Assembly: GCA_013265495.1 (NCBI GenBank)
Contig: MU058423.1
Location: 5,006,793-5,070,792, forward strand
DNA: 64,000 bases
Direction of reading: 5' to 3'
DNA from: Vicugna vicugna
Lineage: Eukaryota
Shown here: one piece after another, positions 12,385 through 25,549 of the stretch
Layout: each line of letters opens with the position of its first letter
Numbering within the stretch: the stretch's first letter is position 1
Position numbers and translations under genes: made by a program
Notes under the pieces: model-generated
The model's input: only the letters and a program-made list of their open reading frames with translations
Database searches by the model: none
Told to the model about the DNA's origin: nothing

Positions 12385-12545
12385 GGTTTAATCACTCGGT
12401 CTGTTCAGATTTGGGGTTATCACTTTGTTTTTCAACCTCAATTCTCTGACGGATTCAAGAAAGTCATTGATTTTTCAATTCATCCAGTTTTTACTTAGGA
12501 CAGAGTGACAGTTTCTAAGATCTCTACATATCAGAGCTGAAAATG
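12385..12545 (-). mobile_element. Probable old L1 5' terminal fragment (L1MC/MD 5' end-like)
   Basis: CTCTGACGGATTCAAGAAAGTCATTGATTTT...CTCTACATATCAGAGCTGAAA resembles the recalled L1M 5'-end consensus. Confidence 0.55.
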
Positions 12546-12749
12546 CACTATCTATTTTCTGTTCCAAACCTTGCACCTTTTTTGGCAATACAGTTTTTCT
12601 CTTTGGTCTTTCTAAGCCCCTCTTTTTGGGTATAGAAACGTTTATGATATCTGTTTGGTTGGATAATGAGAGAGAAAGAGAAAGGAGTGTGTATGCATGT
12701 GAATCTTTGTAATAATATTTTTTTGACACCTCAGGATAGGAAACCATAA

Positions 12750-12995
12750 AAATGATGGTTAAATATCTTTGAGTACTTACTGTAATATGTTTGTCATTCT
12801 GCTCAGTGTTTTCATATGCTATCTCATTTAATTTTTGCATTAACTCAGGGAGTTAGCACTATTATAGTCCTGCATTACATATTAGGAAGTGAAGCTTAGA
12901 AAAATTCAATGTGTTTTCCAACAAAGTATAACTAGTAAGTGGCACTATGAGTTCAAACCCAGAATTATGTAATGCCATAGCTGTACTCTTAAATT
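12750..12995 (-). mobile_element. Near full-length MIR
   Basis: TTGAGTACTTACT...ATCTCATTTAAT...GGAAGTGAAGCTTAGA...CTAGTAAGTGGC...TTCAAACCCAG...CTCTTAA. Confidence 0.85.
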
Positions 12996-14064
12996 TCTTT
13001 GCTCAGCCAACTACTGGCACTCTCACAAATCTCTGAGAATTCCTCTTCTTAGAGGAGGAACATAAGGAAGTATCCTTTATTTGCACTTTTAAGTTATTTT
13101 GTATATAACAGTGATCCCCTGCCTGACCAAGGGTAGACAATTGGCAACAATTCATGGAAATGGGTTTCAGAGGAGCTTATCTAGTGGTGCATAAAATGAA
13201 AGGGAAAAAAATTAATTATCTTGTCCTGAAAATGTGCCAAAAAATAAGGATAAGAAAGTAGTAGAATCCAAGTGGATTATTTTGGGACTAAATGCAAATA
13301 TATCAAGTAACATCTGAGTGTTGATAAGGAAGACAAGAAATCTTTAAAAATCAAGATACCTGAAACAAAGAAGTGTGACAAAAAATGATAATGTGAAAGA
13401 AATAGAGTGAATATTCAAATTAAAAAAAAAGACATACCTATATGATATTGCATAGACTACTGCATTCTTAGATAGACAGACACACTATCTGGGCAGTAGC
13501 CATTGTCGAACAATGCTGGAAACCCACCCATGCCTAGGATAAAGCAGTTACAAGGTTTTTTTCAGGTTTTAAACATTTTATGTTTTTTAAATTGTGTTTA
13601 GAATGAATATTTAACTTTGGATGCATAAGCTATTTTTGATTAAAATAGGTGAATGGTCTTCCTGCTAAGTGATGAGATCTGTAACATGTGTATAAAGTAA
13701 AACTAGGGTAGAAATAAGTTACTAACATAACCACCCCTTATAGTTAGAGATTTTAACAGTAAATTGTCAGACAAATGAAAAATAAAACAATTAATAACGG
13801 TCTTTTATTAAATTCATTTTTGGCTACTGCATTGAATGTTTCATTTAGCTACTGTGTAATTATCTTTTCATTGTGGGATGCTGCTCTACACTTTTTTTTG
13901 TCTAAAAATTGTGTGAATTTCTGACACCTATTACATTTAGAAATATATTTTTCAACTTTTCTAAAGTTAACAATGGGGAAGATCTTCATGAGATCAAAAC
14001 TCAAATCTATTCTTATAATAAAAAAGTATGCTAGGATAAAATGCTGTGTTTATGACACAGCTGT

Positions 14065-14200
14065 TGACCCTTCACAGCAGGAAGCCAGGATTGATAATAA
14101 TATCTTCACTTTGTATTAAAAGAAACTGATATAGAAATAGCCAACTGTTTAAAGTTTACATAGGTAACCTGTGCACATAAAATACTGTATATTTGAACTT
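14065..14200 (-). mobile_element. MIR fragment
   Basis: ATCTTCACTTTGTATTAAAAGAAACTGA...ATTTGAACT. Confidence 0.55.
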
Positions 14201-15429
14201 CATGATTTGTAGAGCAGTAACTTAATTTAGTACTCCTTTGTGGCTAATTATACCATTATTTCTAAAACAGGATCAAGGAAGGTATCTCAAAATTCTATGA
14301 GTTCTACATGAAAATTTTTTTTTCAATTAAACCTAACAGAAATTCATATTATTATATCTTTTAATATCTGAATAGCTCCTTTACAACTGAAAACTATAAT
14401 ATGCTTTCAAGACACATCTAATCTATGTTTACTATTGTATTGGTTCCAAGCTCTATTGTTGCTTGGTTTATTTTAGGCTAATGAGAAAAGAACACAGCTG
14501 ATTTTATGTGTAAATGATGCAATATACAAAGGATTTTGTGGTGGTTCCAGACATTAGATTTGGTGGAAGAAATGAAGCTTAAAAAGTTAATAAATGCCAA
14601 GGCGAGAGGTTCTCTTGAAAGCATTAATATTTCCGTTGAAAATGGCATTTGTAATCAGTAAAGTATCACCCATGATGTTATTTTTTATTCAATGTTATTA
14701 ATTTGAGATTTCATTTGGCTTGATTGTATTTAATTTGTCAAAATATTTTGGTTTTAAAATTACAAAAGTGATTATTATAAGGTAATTATACCCATTATTA
14801 TGTTCATATTTTTAATTTTATAATAAAATAATTTAAGTCACTGAAGAATTTATGATATTTTACCCTTGACAAAGATTTAAATTTGAAGAATGCTGCTACT
14901 GAGGAAACAAGCAGGATTCAGTTATGTGATGCAGCTCATACCCATAAATCAACTCTTCTACACGAGCAATGATTAAAGATACAGCAGCTTCTAGCACAGG
15001 TATTTTATAGCACATCAAAGAGTTTGCTTTTGTTTTTGATGGAAAAAGAAAACACAAAAATGCTATCAGGTCAATAGCTGAGTAAGTAAAATCTTATTCT
15101 TATTTTTGCCTTCAAACTAGAAGGAAAAATAGTTCTTCATTAGGAAATCAAAGCTGGCAAATGTGAGTTAAACTGTTCCTCAGATCAAGAGTGTTAGCAT
15201 TAAGTTCAATTTGGTCTCATACATTAACTTTATTTTGAAGTGTCTAGTGCATGGCTCGAGATTCTGGTTCACATGAAGACTTTGTTGTGGAACAGACATG
15301 AGCTAAGTAAAACAGCCAGATCTGTTAACCAGTTAGATAGCTAGGGACAGCGGGCCAGGGAGTGGAAAGGGGAGGGAACAATCCGGGAGGTAACAGTTTT
15401 ACAGTTCACCCGCGTTCAGAATAAGGGGC

Positions 15430-15530
15430 TTCAGATTTGTAAATCTGAGGAGGGGAGGAAGGCAGGCATCAGTGGTTTTTAAAACTCTCCAGGTGATTCC
15501 AATGCACAGTCAAGATGGGTATCTACTGCC
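15430..15530. mobile_element. MER5-family MITE fragment
   Basis: GGCATCAGTGGTTTTTAAAACTCTCCAGGTGATTCCAATGCACAG...CTACTG. Confidence 0.8.
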
Positions 15531-16086
15531 CAAAGCCATAATAGTTCCCTCTGGTGGAAGATTGTTTTCCTTCTTTAAAGGGTGAGAAGCAGCCAGACTC
15601 CAAGAGCTTTGACAATGTGTTCTCAGTCCAGAACACTGGTTCTGTCTTCATTATTCCCTTTTCTGAGCTTCATTCAGAGTGAGGCGTGTGCACCTTCAGA
15701 TCAGCAACACTTGCTTCTGCATCCTGGCTCTCGATCCCAGTTCTTTATGGCTCCGCTGGGTCTTTAGTACAACAATTAGCTCCTCTCTCATTTGCTATTT
15801 TCATTTGTTACTTTCTGATTATCTTTTCCTGCCAAATTCCTTCCTATCTAAAATGTAAATAATAGGTTTTTAAAAGTCAATGAAAAAATGGGTTGGAAAG
15901 GTGGGTTTGCCCAACAGCAATGTTGACAAGAACCTTTGTATGTCTTTTGGTCCTGGCATAGGATTGCAGATACATTGTTTCCCTTGAACATCTTTACCCC
16001 ATTCGGCAGTTTGGGGGTTTAAATTTACACTACGTACTTAACACAGAAAATTACAAGGCAAATAAACGAACAAACAAGCAAATTTT

Positions 16087-16192
16087 ATATATATATATAT
16101 ATATAGGGTCCTACCTTGGAAATTACTGAAGCACCTACCATATATATATATATACACACACACATACACACACACATATATATATATGTATA
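16087..16192. repeat. Compound (TA)n - spacer - (TA)n(CA)n(TA)n microsatellite
   Basis: Read directly. Confidence 0.95.
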
Positions 16193-16319
16193 ATTCTGTA
16201 GGAGGACACAATCAACTTACACACTGCAGGATACTCAGAGAAGTTTAAAGAAGAGTCAGTTCAGAATCAAAACACTTGCAACGAAAGAGACAAGACTCCA
16301 TGAGAGTCAGTAGCACTCC

Positions 16320-18050
16320 TAGACTGCTTTCAAGATGTGCTACATTGTATTTTCAGCAGTAGAATCTATCCGCCTACATCATTACCAACAAATGGCTGTA
16401 TCAACTAAATTATGTCAACTGGAGAGGTATAAAGTGGCTCTTCCCTACTGTTTAATTTGCATTCCTGTCTACTGTTGAATAGTGAATGTGAGCACCCCTT
16501 CTAAGGTCTTAGCCTCTTGGCTTTCCTCCTCTATATTCTGTTTATATAAATTCTTCCACTGGATTCCTGACTCTTCCTTGTTGACTTACAGGAGTACCTT
16601 ATCTGTCATTGTCATCTCGATTAGTCATTTTCAAAATTTTTACTTAATTCCCAAAACATTGTTGGATCTAAATGTACGCTATTGCAAAATAGTAAGTTAA
16701 CTTCTATGTTTTATCATGTATGCAAGATGTAATTTCTATCATATTGTAAATATTGACTTATTAAAGTTAAATAAACTTTATTATGCAAAACAAGTACATA
16801 TGCAGCATAAAATGATAAAAATAATGCAATCAAAACTAAGAATGGTGAATTTTTTTTTTTTACATTTCTCTTCTTTGAGTGTCATCTGTACTCGTGGATT
16901 TTACTGACTTACTGTATTTGAAATGACTAACGACTGACACCGTGGTTATTTTAGATGTGCACACTGCCACAGTTTTCACCAGTGCAGGCCCATGAAGGTT
17001 GGTGCCTGATCTTTTTGATGTGATCTTAACATTTTTTTGAAACTTCTTTGCTTTCTGGTACAAAAAGATATCCCAGATTTACTTTGTACCTTTCCTGATT
17101 TAGATCTGCAATCAGTCATTTCTCTGAAAAACTCGTTCCTTTTATAAAGAAATGATATTTAAGACCAAAATCTAGATTCTAGTGGTACTCACTGCTCCTG
17201 GATTGGTATGAATTTTAGGTCAAGTTAGTGGACAGAATTACGTGGTATGTATTTAAAATTTTTTAAAAATTCATTTTATTTCTATTAACATTGCTATGTA
17301 TTTATGTATTTTGAAGATTTACATTATTGTATTTTACCTTTTATACTGAAAATCTTAATCTGTAAAAGGTGTAATTACTGATTTGCCATGAATTATAATA
17401 TAAAAAAAATTCCAAAATGACACTATTGATATTATTATAAAAATACAGAAAGATTGCAATTTTTGTTATTTCTTTTTGCCCCTAAGATATATTCCACTAA
17501 ATCTGTACAGCCAAAACCCTGTGTTTTAAAGTCACTTACAATAAATTCTTTCTCTGAATTTTTTTTACCAGTTATATGTAGTTAGGTTCATTTATTGTTT
17601 ATTTTTAATTTAAAAAATTATAAATTATTTCATCTTTTGGAAAGATAATGAATTTTTATGAATCAAAAAGAAAGTATTTTGATGGTTTTATTATACAAGG
17701 GTCTCTGTTTCCATAGGTAAAAATTCTGTTTTATATTTCTCCTTTTATTTTTTTCAAATGCAAAACCATTTGAAAACCATGTGTTTGTGTGAATAAATAA
17801 ATATATTTTTAATTTGCTTCATTTCTTACACAAAGTAATAATGCTATTTATACTACTTGCACCTTGCTTTTAAAAATCAACTCTGTACCTCAAAGATATT
17901 TCGTAGGGATGATTCTTATTCCTTTTTAGGTCTGCATAGGACATGATTATATGATTATGCCATTGAACCAATCCCTTGTTTTTGGACACTTGATTTTATA
18001 ATACGTTATTATTAGAAATAACATTATGACTAATAACCCTACACATATAT
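16320..18050 (-). mobile_element. Series of degraded old L1 (L1MC/L1ME) fragments
   Basis: TTTAATTTGCATTCC (ORF2 end); CTTGCTTTCTGGTACAAAAAGATA-like stretch near 17050 and AAGACCAAAATCTAG (3' UTR, similar to 12230-12330); AACCAATCCCT..TTTTGGACACTT. Confidence 0.65.
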
Positions 18051-18534
18051 CCATGGCTTGTTACTGAAAGGAAAACTTTAACATTATACATATTCACTTT
18101 CTTGGGCTACCTTTATTTTTTATATTAACCAATTATTTCACTTTTTTTCCTTTCTAACCTATTTTTATAAGGTATTGTGTTGTTGGATTAATATTACAAT
18201 TTAGTTGCTAGATTACATCCTGTTGAATATCATTGAACTGGATGAGATATGAAAATTATCTAGTGATGGATATAGTGAATAATGGCATATTGGGAGAGGG
18301 AGGGAGGGTAAAAGCTCGTTAGTTTTTATAACGTAGAGCTGCATCATATTGTGCAAAACGTTATTGTTGTTTTGTATTATATATTGCATTGTTGATGAGA
18401 ATGGGTGCTTATTACCCAAAGAGATGGGCTATGGTGGTCACTTATCTGCTCTAACCAACCATGATATCTCTATGGCAGGGTCTAGAAACATGCAAACTAT
18501 ATTTATCAAACTCTTACTAAGAAGATTCCCATTA

Positions 18535-18965
18535 TGTTCTGGCAGTGGAAGGCGCAGGAAAGATGGTTGAAAGCAAAGGTAGAAAATGTATTTTCCCCTC
18601 TTCTTTCTTCTTCTGACAGTGCTTTTGTCACTATGAAGTGTGGCAGGAGAATGCAGACTTCTGGGTTTCCCCGCAAGGATCAGCTAGCGGTGCTGACAGC
18701 CAGGAGACGGTCAGTGGTCTCAGGGGAGGACATTTGTGGGCTTTCCTCCAGGAGCAGCAGCAGCAGGTACTGACGCACCCTCAGGAGCTGGGGGTGTCGA
18801 CAAACACAAGCTAGTGAGTTTCTGCCTCAAAAGCGGACGTGGAGGCTCTCGGTCTGGGGGATGGTTGTTTCCAACATCAACAGTGGAGGTGCACTCTAGG
18901 CAACACCATGCTCATTCTGTGTCCCTCTGGTCTAAGGATTGTTACAACTTCCATGATGTGACTTA
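18535..18965. mobile_element. GC-richer segment, probably an old ERVL LTR (LTR33/LTR16-like)
   Basis: Compositional step against the AT-rich flanks. TGTCCCTCTGGTCTAAGGATTGTTACAACTTCC resembles a recalled LTR33-group motif. Termini not resolved. Confidence 0.4.
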
Positions 18966-20820
18966 TTTTGGAGTAATCTTACTTCTTCACTTTTCCTCTT
19001 CTAACTCTTTCAGTATTTTCTAAAGAAAATTTCCCATAATTAATTTTCCTCCTTTGAAAAACCTAGAGAGACTTCTCCTTTCTTGTTCAGACACAAAATG
19101 AATTTTACTTAAAAATTAAAAAAAAATTTGCCTCCTCTTCTAAATCATTTTAAAATAAAATTGATACCTTAGCTTTTTCTTTTTATTCATATTTGCCTGG
19201 TGTGTATTCTCCCATATTTTAATTTTCAGTCTCTCTGTCTCCACTGTTGGATCACATATGCCTAGATTTTTATTTTTTTGATTCCCATCTGAGAGTCTCT
19301 TTAATTTTTAAATTTATGCTACTTAAATACATTTTAAATCTCTGGTTGTATTAGGAATAATTTCTTCCGTCTTATTTATGTCTTACATTTAAGGCATTTT
19401 ATTTTTTCCACCTTTATTTCTTCTTTCCTGCTTCTTGCTGGCTTGGATTACTTCTGCTGGTTTAAAAGTTGTACCTTCTTTTTAAAATTTTCTCTGGAGC
19501 CTTGTCCTAGTCACTAACATTTCTAATGTTGCCTCCTCCTCCTCTACATCATTATTAATTTCTGTTCCTTTTAGCAAATGGCAGATGAAGTATAAGGCAA
19601 ACTAAATTTCCAAATACTTAGGTTTGGATACAGGAGATTTGTTGCAGGGCTTTTGGTGTGGCTGAATTTCAGCCATGTTTGCTCAAAGCCTGGTGTAGTG
19701 GTTGGGGAGCCTTGCATTGTAGTATATAATAAATTATATATATATATATTTTTTAAATTTAATGGAGTTTTATTAAGCATGTCACTCAGTCACCCAGATC
19801 CTGTTTACTAAAATGTCAATGTACAATAAAACCAGCTACCTGGTAGAGATGTTTGAGAATGAATGCTATTGTGCCTGACACGTGGTAGGCATTAAATAAA
19901 TGACAGCAACAATAATTTGTACTACTCATATGTCATGGGCTACACTTTTTGTTTGGTTTGGTTTTGGTTTTGGTAGCTACTGACTTTTTTCCACACACAA
20001 TTGAATGTGTTCTCAGCATCACAGAATAAATCCTCACTGAAGGAGAGCTAGTGGACAGCGCTCTTCCTCGCTCTTGATTCACTTAGAATTCACTGGAAGA
20101 TTAAACATGCAATTTGCAAATTACATGCTCCAATGTGAAACCTAGAAGATAAAGTTAGTGGGCACGCACACTACTGTAGATCTTCCTTTTTTTTTTCTGC
20201 CAATGATAGGTGGTTGTGAGTAGATATTCTGCTTTCATAAATTTTTAAAGAGATCAGTTTATCTGATAGTAGTTTGTTCTTGAAGCAGGCTGGCATTTAT
20301 CACGTTCTGGGCCTCTTTCTTTTAGGATGCCTTTTCCCAGCACGTATATTTTTGGAATCCCTGCTCTGAATTACAAGATAAACAAACTATCACCCAGGAC
20401 ATACAGTGCTTTACATAAACAGCATAAATCTCTTGTGTTCTCCCATAAATATCCCTTTGTGACTGGGTCTTGGGATTTCCTGCAGCAAAATGTGCTTTTG
20501 GTAATTGATGCTCCTCGGCTAACATCATTAATCAAATGAGTTTATGAGCAAAAAATCTAAAGTGCCCACTGATGCTCTTTTCTGACTTGGGCGGTGGAAA
20601 GCAGACTTGAACGAGAACGGCTGGATTGTTTCAAGATTTCCAAGGGAATTCCACTCCCTTCCCTTCCTGTCCAGCTCACCCACTTGCCCCGAAACTTAAT
20701 CCCCCTCTGCAAATAGTTCTTCCAAGGATGGAAAAAAATGTCTGTTTCAAAAATACATTCCTTAGATTTATAGGGTGTTTCCAACTATGACAGTGAAGCA
20801 GAGAACAGAAAGTCTCATTG

Positions 20821-21060
20821 GAGGCAGTCCAGTAGCGTAGTGGTCTGTGCATTGGCTGTGAAGTTAGACTCCCTGACTACGAATCTTACTTCTACCCGTC
20901 ACTAGCTGTGTAGTCTTGGACAAATTAAGTAAACCATATTTCAGCATGTTGCATCTATAAAAAATGAGAATAATATTTACCCATTTCACAGGATTATTTA
21001 AAAGCTCAAATAGGATCATTTGCATAATGTTCTTGGTTTTGTAGTTGATCTATAATAAAA
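20821..21060 (+). mobile_element. Near full-length MIR
   Basis: AGTAGCGTAGTGG (A box)...CACTAGCTGTGTAGTCTTGGACAAATT...CATCTATAAAAAATGAGAATAAT. Confidence 0.88.
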
Positions 21061-21849
21061 GCCTTCAGATTTTAGTTTTTAATCAATGACCGTACAAACT
21101 CCAGTGTGAATTCTGTTCAGCTCCTTAATATTTTTGACTGACAGCAATTCAAATTGATTAGGACTAGGAATGAGCACCAAAAGTGACAAGAGAATAAACC
21201 AAAATTGGTAACAAGAAGAAAGCAAATACTGGTGGATATGGACCGTGCTGAGTAATGGCTGATAATTCACTGAACTAATCTTAGTCCCTTAGAATTTTTC
21301 TGATTTATATGTATTTTTAAAGGCATAAATAAAATGTAGTCATTGTATAAGAACAGAAAATCAAGACAACCAAATCAAAATTAAAAGCAAAATGCCTCAA
21401 AATTTACCACTTAGAAATGACAATAATAGAAATGTTAGTGAAAATCTTCTAGTCCTATTAATAGAAAAATATATTTCATGAAAATTATGATTTATTAAGC
21501 TATTAAAATGGATCACTATTTTTATGCTGGATTGGATTATCATTTGAAATACATAAAAGTATTTCCACATCAATAAGACTTAACAAATGCCTGTATAATA
21601 TTCAATGATATCAATATTAAGAATATTATATAAATTATTACCCCAAGCCCCTCTTTTTGGACACTTGGGTTATTTCCACTTTTTTGTTATATATATAATG
21701 TTGAGCTCCCTGCCAGGCTACATCAAGGGCTTCTTTCAGACCTGGTGTTAACAAGGAGGAAAGGTAGAACAACAGGGATTATGGGAACTGTGGGAACCAG
21801 GCTCAGCTACACAGTAGAGACAATGCCAGTGGGAGAAATGCCAGGCACG

Positions 21850-22476
21850 TGGGCTCAATATGTTCCATCCATAGGTTGCATATTAGCAAATTTGATTACT
21901 CCCCAAATTTATTTTTAACCCCAAAGTCAATGCTTATGATGCTTTCACAGTCATTTCTAGACAAGCAGAATGGCAAATATTTGAGCTACCTGACTTTCTA
22001 CATGCCTAGCAAAGGTCAAGTGAGGCAACACTGCCTTCTGCTCTGGGTCTCACACTATACACAAGTGGCCTTCTCAGTCATTTCAGTGCCGCGCCTTTTG
22101 CATTCTTGTGCTTCTTGTTGGTGCTTTTGCTGTTTAAAATGATCCCAAAGCACAGTGCTGAAGTGCTGCCTAGAGTTCCTAAGTACAAGAAGGCTGTAAA
22201 GTGCCTTGTGAAGAAAACGTGTTAGGGAAGCATCTTTCAGATACAAGTGATAGTTCTGGTGTCCATGAGTCAGTGTTAACGAATCAACACTACATGTTAA
22301 ATAAGGCATCTTCAAAAAAACCCACATACATAAAACGAGTATGTTTTAATCCGTTGATGAAAATGTTGTGATCAGAGGCTTGCAGGAATCTAACCCTGGA
22401 TTTCCCCTTGAAGCTGCGGTTCAGTATATGTGACAACTTAACAGCACTAACTGTAGCAAATAATTGGAATTGGCTG
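21850..22476 (+). mobile_element. MER82 (TcMar-Tigger non-autonomous DNA transposon)
   Basis: Long match to the recalled MER82 consensus: AAATTTATTTTTAACCCCAAA, GCTGTTTAAAATG, AGTGCTGAAGTGCTG..TAG..TTCCTAAG.ACAAGAAGGCTGT, GAAAATGTTGTGA.CAGAGGCT. Ends CTG followed by TA. Confidence 0.9.
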
Positions 22477-22869
22477 TACTCCATCCATGTTATCTTCTGC
22501 ATGATTTCTCTCTTTATCCTCTATTTGAAATGCCTCTGACATGCTCCTTAATGTCTGCCTCAAAATAAAATTTATGAGATTTTACCTTGAATGGCCCATG
22601 ATCACTAACTAATTTGTTTTTATTATAACATCATTAGGAGATAGAATTCTATAACCAAAGCAACAGAGATCATTGTCTACCCGACTAAACTGGGCTCTCA
22701 TCCTATTGTACACTTTTATACAAACTCGCCTGTTTTTTAATCTGCACATTCACATAACTCATTCATATTTTCACATATCTTTCTGAGACATAGTATCCTA
22801 AATCCACTAGTTTAGTACATTCTACTTCTAACAATGTTATATAAGGTATATTTGAAATCATACATAGAT

Positions 22870-23355
22870 TTGGTGGTTTGCTATACCTTACTTTCCCAGG
22901 ATAAGAGTAGAAACCCAAATTCTAGGCAGATCGAGCAACCAGAATACAAGTATATGACGTAAGGTTTGCCAAGAGATGTAAGAAGTAAGCGGGTTCTACC
23001 ACCGTCCTGCATGGAGCCTCCCTTTTTGCCGCTATGTGTGATGACAGAAGTTTCAGATATTTGGCGGTTGCAATGACAGTCACCAGTGGCTGTAAAACAA
23101 AGTTCCTGGTGCAAAGGTCGTGTCAGCAGGCAGAGACAATACCGATTTATTTGTGATTCACACCAGCAGCAGATTTATTACTGAGCTAGAGCTTTGGTCT
23201 GATTCTGGGCTTTGATCTTGGATGTCTGCCTTAAAATTGGCTTGAAAGCCTCCCTATCAAATCTATGATTTGGCGTACATCCTTCTATGAAGCTAGATTT
23301 ACATAGTTGAGAGTATCTTCCCTTGTTTGTAACTATGAAAGCACTGCCTCACAGA
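22870..23355 (+). mobile_element. ERVL LTR, LTR16-like
   Basis: AGAAACCCAAATTCT near the start; 3' pattern CTTGTTTGTAACTATGAA..CACTG. Confidence 0.55.
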
Positions 23356-23357
23356 TG

Positions 23358-23726
23358 ACATTAATTTTCTAATGCTGCCATAACATGTCATCACAAACTC
23401 AGTGACCTAAACGACACAATTTTATCTCACATTTCTGCAGGTGAGTCTGTCATAAGGCCTCATCAAGCGAAAATCAAGGTATTGGCAGGACTGCATTCCT
23501 TTGCGAAGGCTTTAGGGGAAAAAATCACTTCCTTGCTCACTTACATTGTTGGCAGAACTCATTTCCTTGTGATGGTAAGACTGAAGTCCTATATCCTTGC
23601 TGGCTGTCAGCTAAGGGCCATTCCCAGTTCCTAGAGGCTGCCCACATTCCTTGGTTCTTGCTTCCCTTCCATCATCTCCAAAGCCAGCAGTGAAGTGTTG
23701 AGTCCCTCCTACCCTTTCTTCTGTTA
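23358..23726 (-). mobile_element. MaLR LTR, MLT1C/D-like, truncated
   Basis: GCTGCCATAACA...CACAAACTCAGTG; AAAATCAAGGTATTGGCAGGACTGCATTCC; TTCCTAGAGGCTGCCCACATTCCTTGG. Confidence 0.88.
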
Positions 23727-25540
23727 TCACAAGGTTGCAGTTTTCAAGGTTAATATACAAATGTCAATTGCTTTCTTATATTCCAGCAGTAAATAATTGG
23801 AATTCAAAATTAAAATACTGTTTATATTAACATCAAAACAAAGCACATAGGCTTGTCGAACAGAATATATACAAGATCTATATGAGGAAAATTATAAAAC
23901 TCTAATAAAAGGAACCAAAGAAGATCTAAATAACTGGAGAGTTATTCCATGTCCATAGATAAGAAGACTCAATATTGTCCAGATCTTCCCAACTTGATCT
24001 ACAAACTCAGCAATCTTAATCCAAATGCCAGCAAGTTATTCCAAGGATATTGACAGACGTGTTCTGAAGTGTATATGTGAAGGCAAAAGACCCAACCCAG
24101 AAAAACCAACATGATACTGATGTCAGAAGACTGACACTACCCAACTTATAGACACACCATTAAGCTACACTAGTCCAAACAGTGTGCTGTTGGCAAAAGA
24201 ATAGACAAGTAGATCGATGGAACAGAATACAGAGCACAGAAACAGACATATAAATACAGTCAGCTCATCTTTGACAATAGAGCAAAGGCTATTCAATGGA
24301 GAATGGATCGTCTTTTCAACAAATGGTGCTGGAACAACTGGACATCTACCTGCAAAAAAGGGAATCTAGACACAGAATTTACACCTTTCAAAAAGAAACT
24401 CAAAATGGATCATAGATCTAACCATAAAATGCAAAGCTATGAAACTCCAAGAAAATAACTAGGTTTGATGATGACTTTTTTGACCCAGCAAAAAGAGTAT
24501 CATTAAGTTGAACTTCATTAAAATTAAAAATTCTGCTCTGCAAAAGACACTATAAAGAAGATAAAAGATAAGCCACAGACTGGGAGAAAATCTTCACAAA
24601 ACACATATCTGACAAAGGCTTATTATCCAAAATATAATAAGAACACTTAAAACTCTACAGTAAGAAAATAAACAATCTAACTGAAGCATGGGCCACAGCC
24701 ACTTCATCAAAAATCAACAGACACCTCACTGAAGAAGATATACATATGGCAAATAAGCATATGAAAAGACGCTCATCATCATGTGTCATCAGGCAAATGC
24801 AAATTAAAACAACAAGGGAAGCATCAATACATATCTATTTAAATGATTAAAATGCAAAACACTGACAGCACCAAATGCTGGCAAGTATGTGGAGCAACAG
24901 GAACTCTCATTCATTGCTAGTGAGAATGTAATATAGTACAGCCACTTTTGGAAAACAGTTAGCTGTTTCTTATATAATTGAACATATTCTTCCATAAAAT
25001 CTAGCAGTTAAGTTCCTTGGTATTTATGTAAATGAGTAGAAAACACAAAATCCTGCACGGAGGTATTTATAGTTTTATTCATGATTTCTAAAACTTGAAA
25101 GCAGCCAACAAGTCCTTTAAAAGATGAATAAATGAACAATTCAACAGTGGGGCATCTACACAATGGAATATCATTCACTGATACAAAGAACTGAGCTGTT
25201 GGGCCATGAAAAGTCATGGAGGAAACTTTAAAATGCATGATACTAAGTGAAAGAAACCAATCTGAAAAGGCCGCATCCTGTATGATTCCAACTACATGAC
25301 ATTCTGGAAAAGACAAGACTATGGAGAGTATAAAAAGATCAGGGGTTGACAGAGTTTAAGGAGGAAGGAGGGATAAATAGGTGGGGCATAGAGGAGTGTT
25401 AGAGCAATGAAAATACTCTGCACGATCCTATAATGAAGGATTCATGCCATTCTGCATTTGTTCATACCTATAGAACATATACCGCGCTAAGACTGAATTA
25501 AGCCTAATGAAAACTTAGACCTTTGTTAATTAAAAAAAAA
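23727..25540 (+). mobile_element. L1MC1/2-like element: ORF2 C-terminal part and 3' UTR ending in an A-run
   Basis: AGAAGACTCAATATTGT, CTTTTCAACAAATGGTGCTGGAACAACTGG, TGTATGATTCCAACTACATGACATTCTGGAAAAG. ORFs 24804..24995 and 25008..25316 are its antisense. Confidence 0.92.
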
Positions 25541-25549
25541 TACATGTTA

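Noticed and set aside
13140..13560. A-rich segment with a possible SGAxKRK-like start of a hAT transposase
   Set aside because: Needs several frameshifts and a stop read-through, and I found no terminal inverted repeats. Unsupported without an nhmmer search.
18349..19023. Three overlapping plus-strand ORFs in a GC-richer patch
   Set aside because: No recognisable protein or consistent splice structure; more simply explained as an old LTR.
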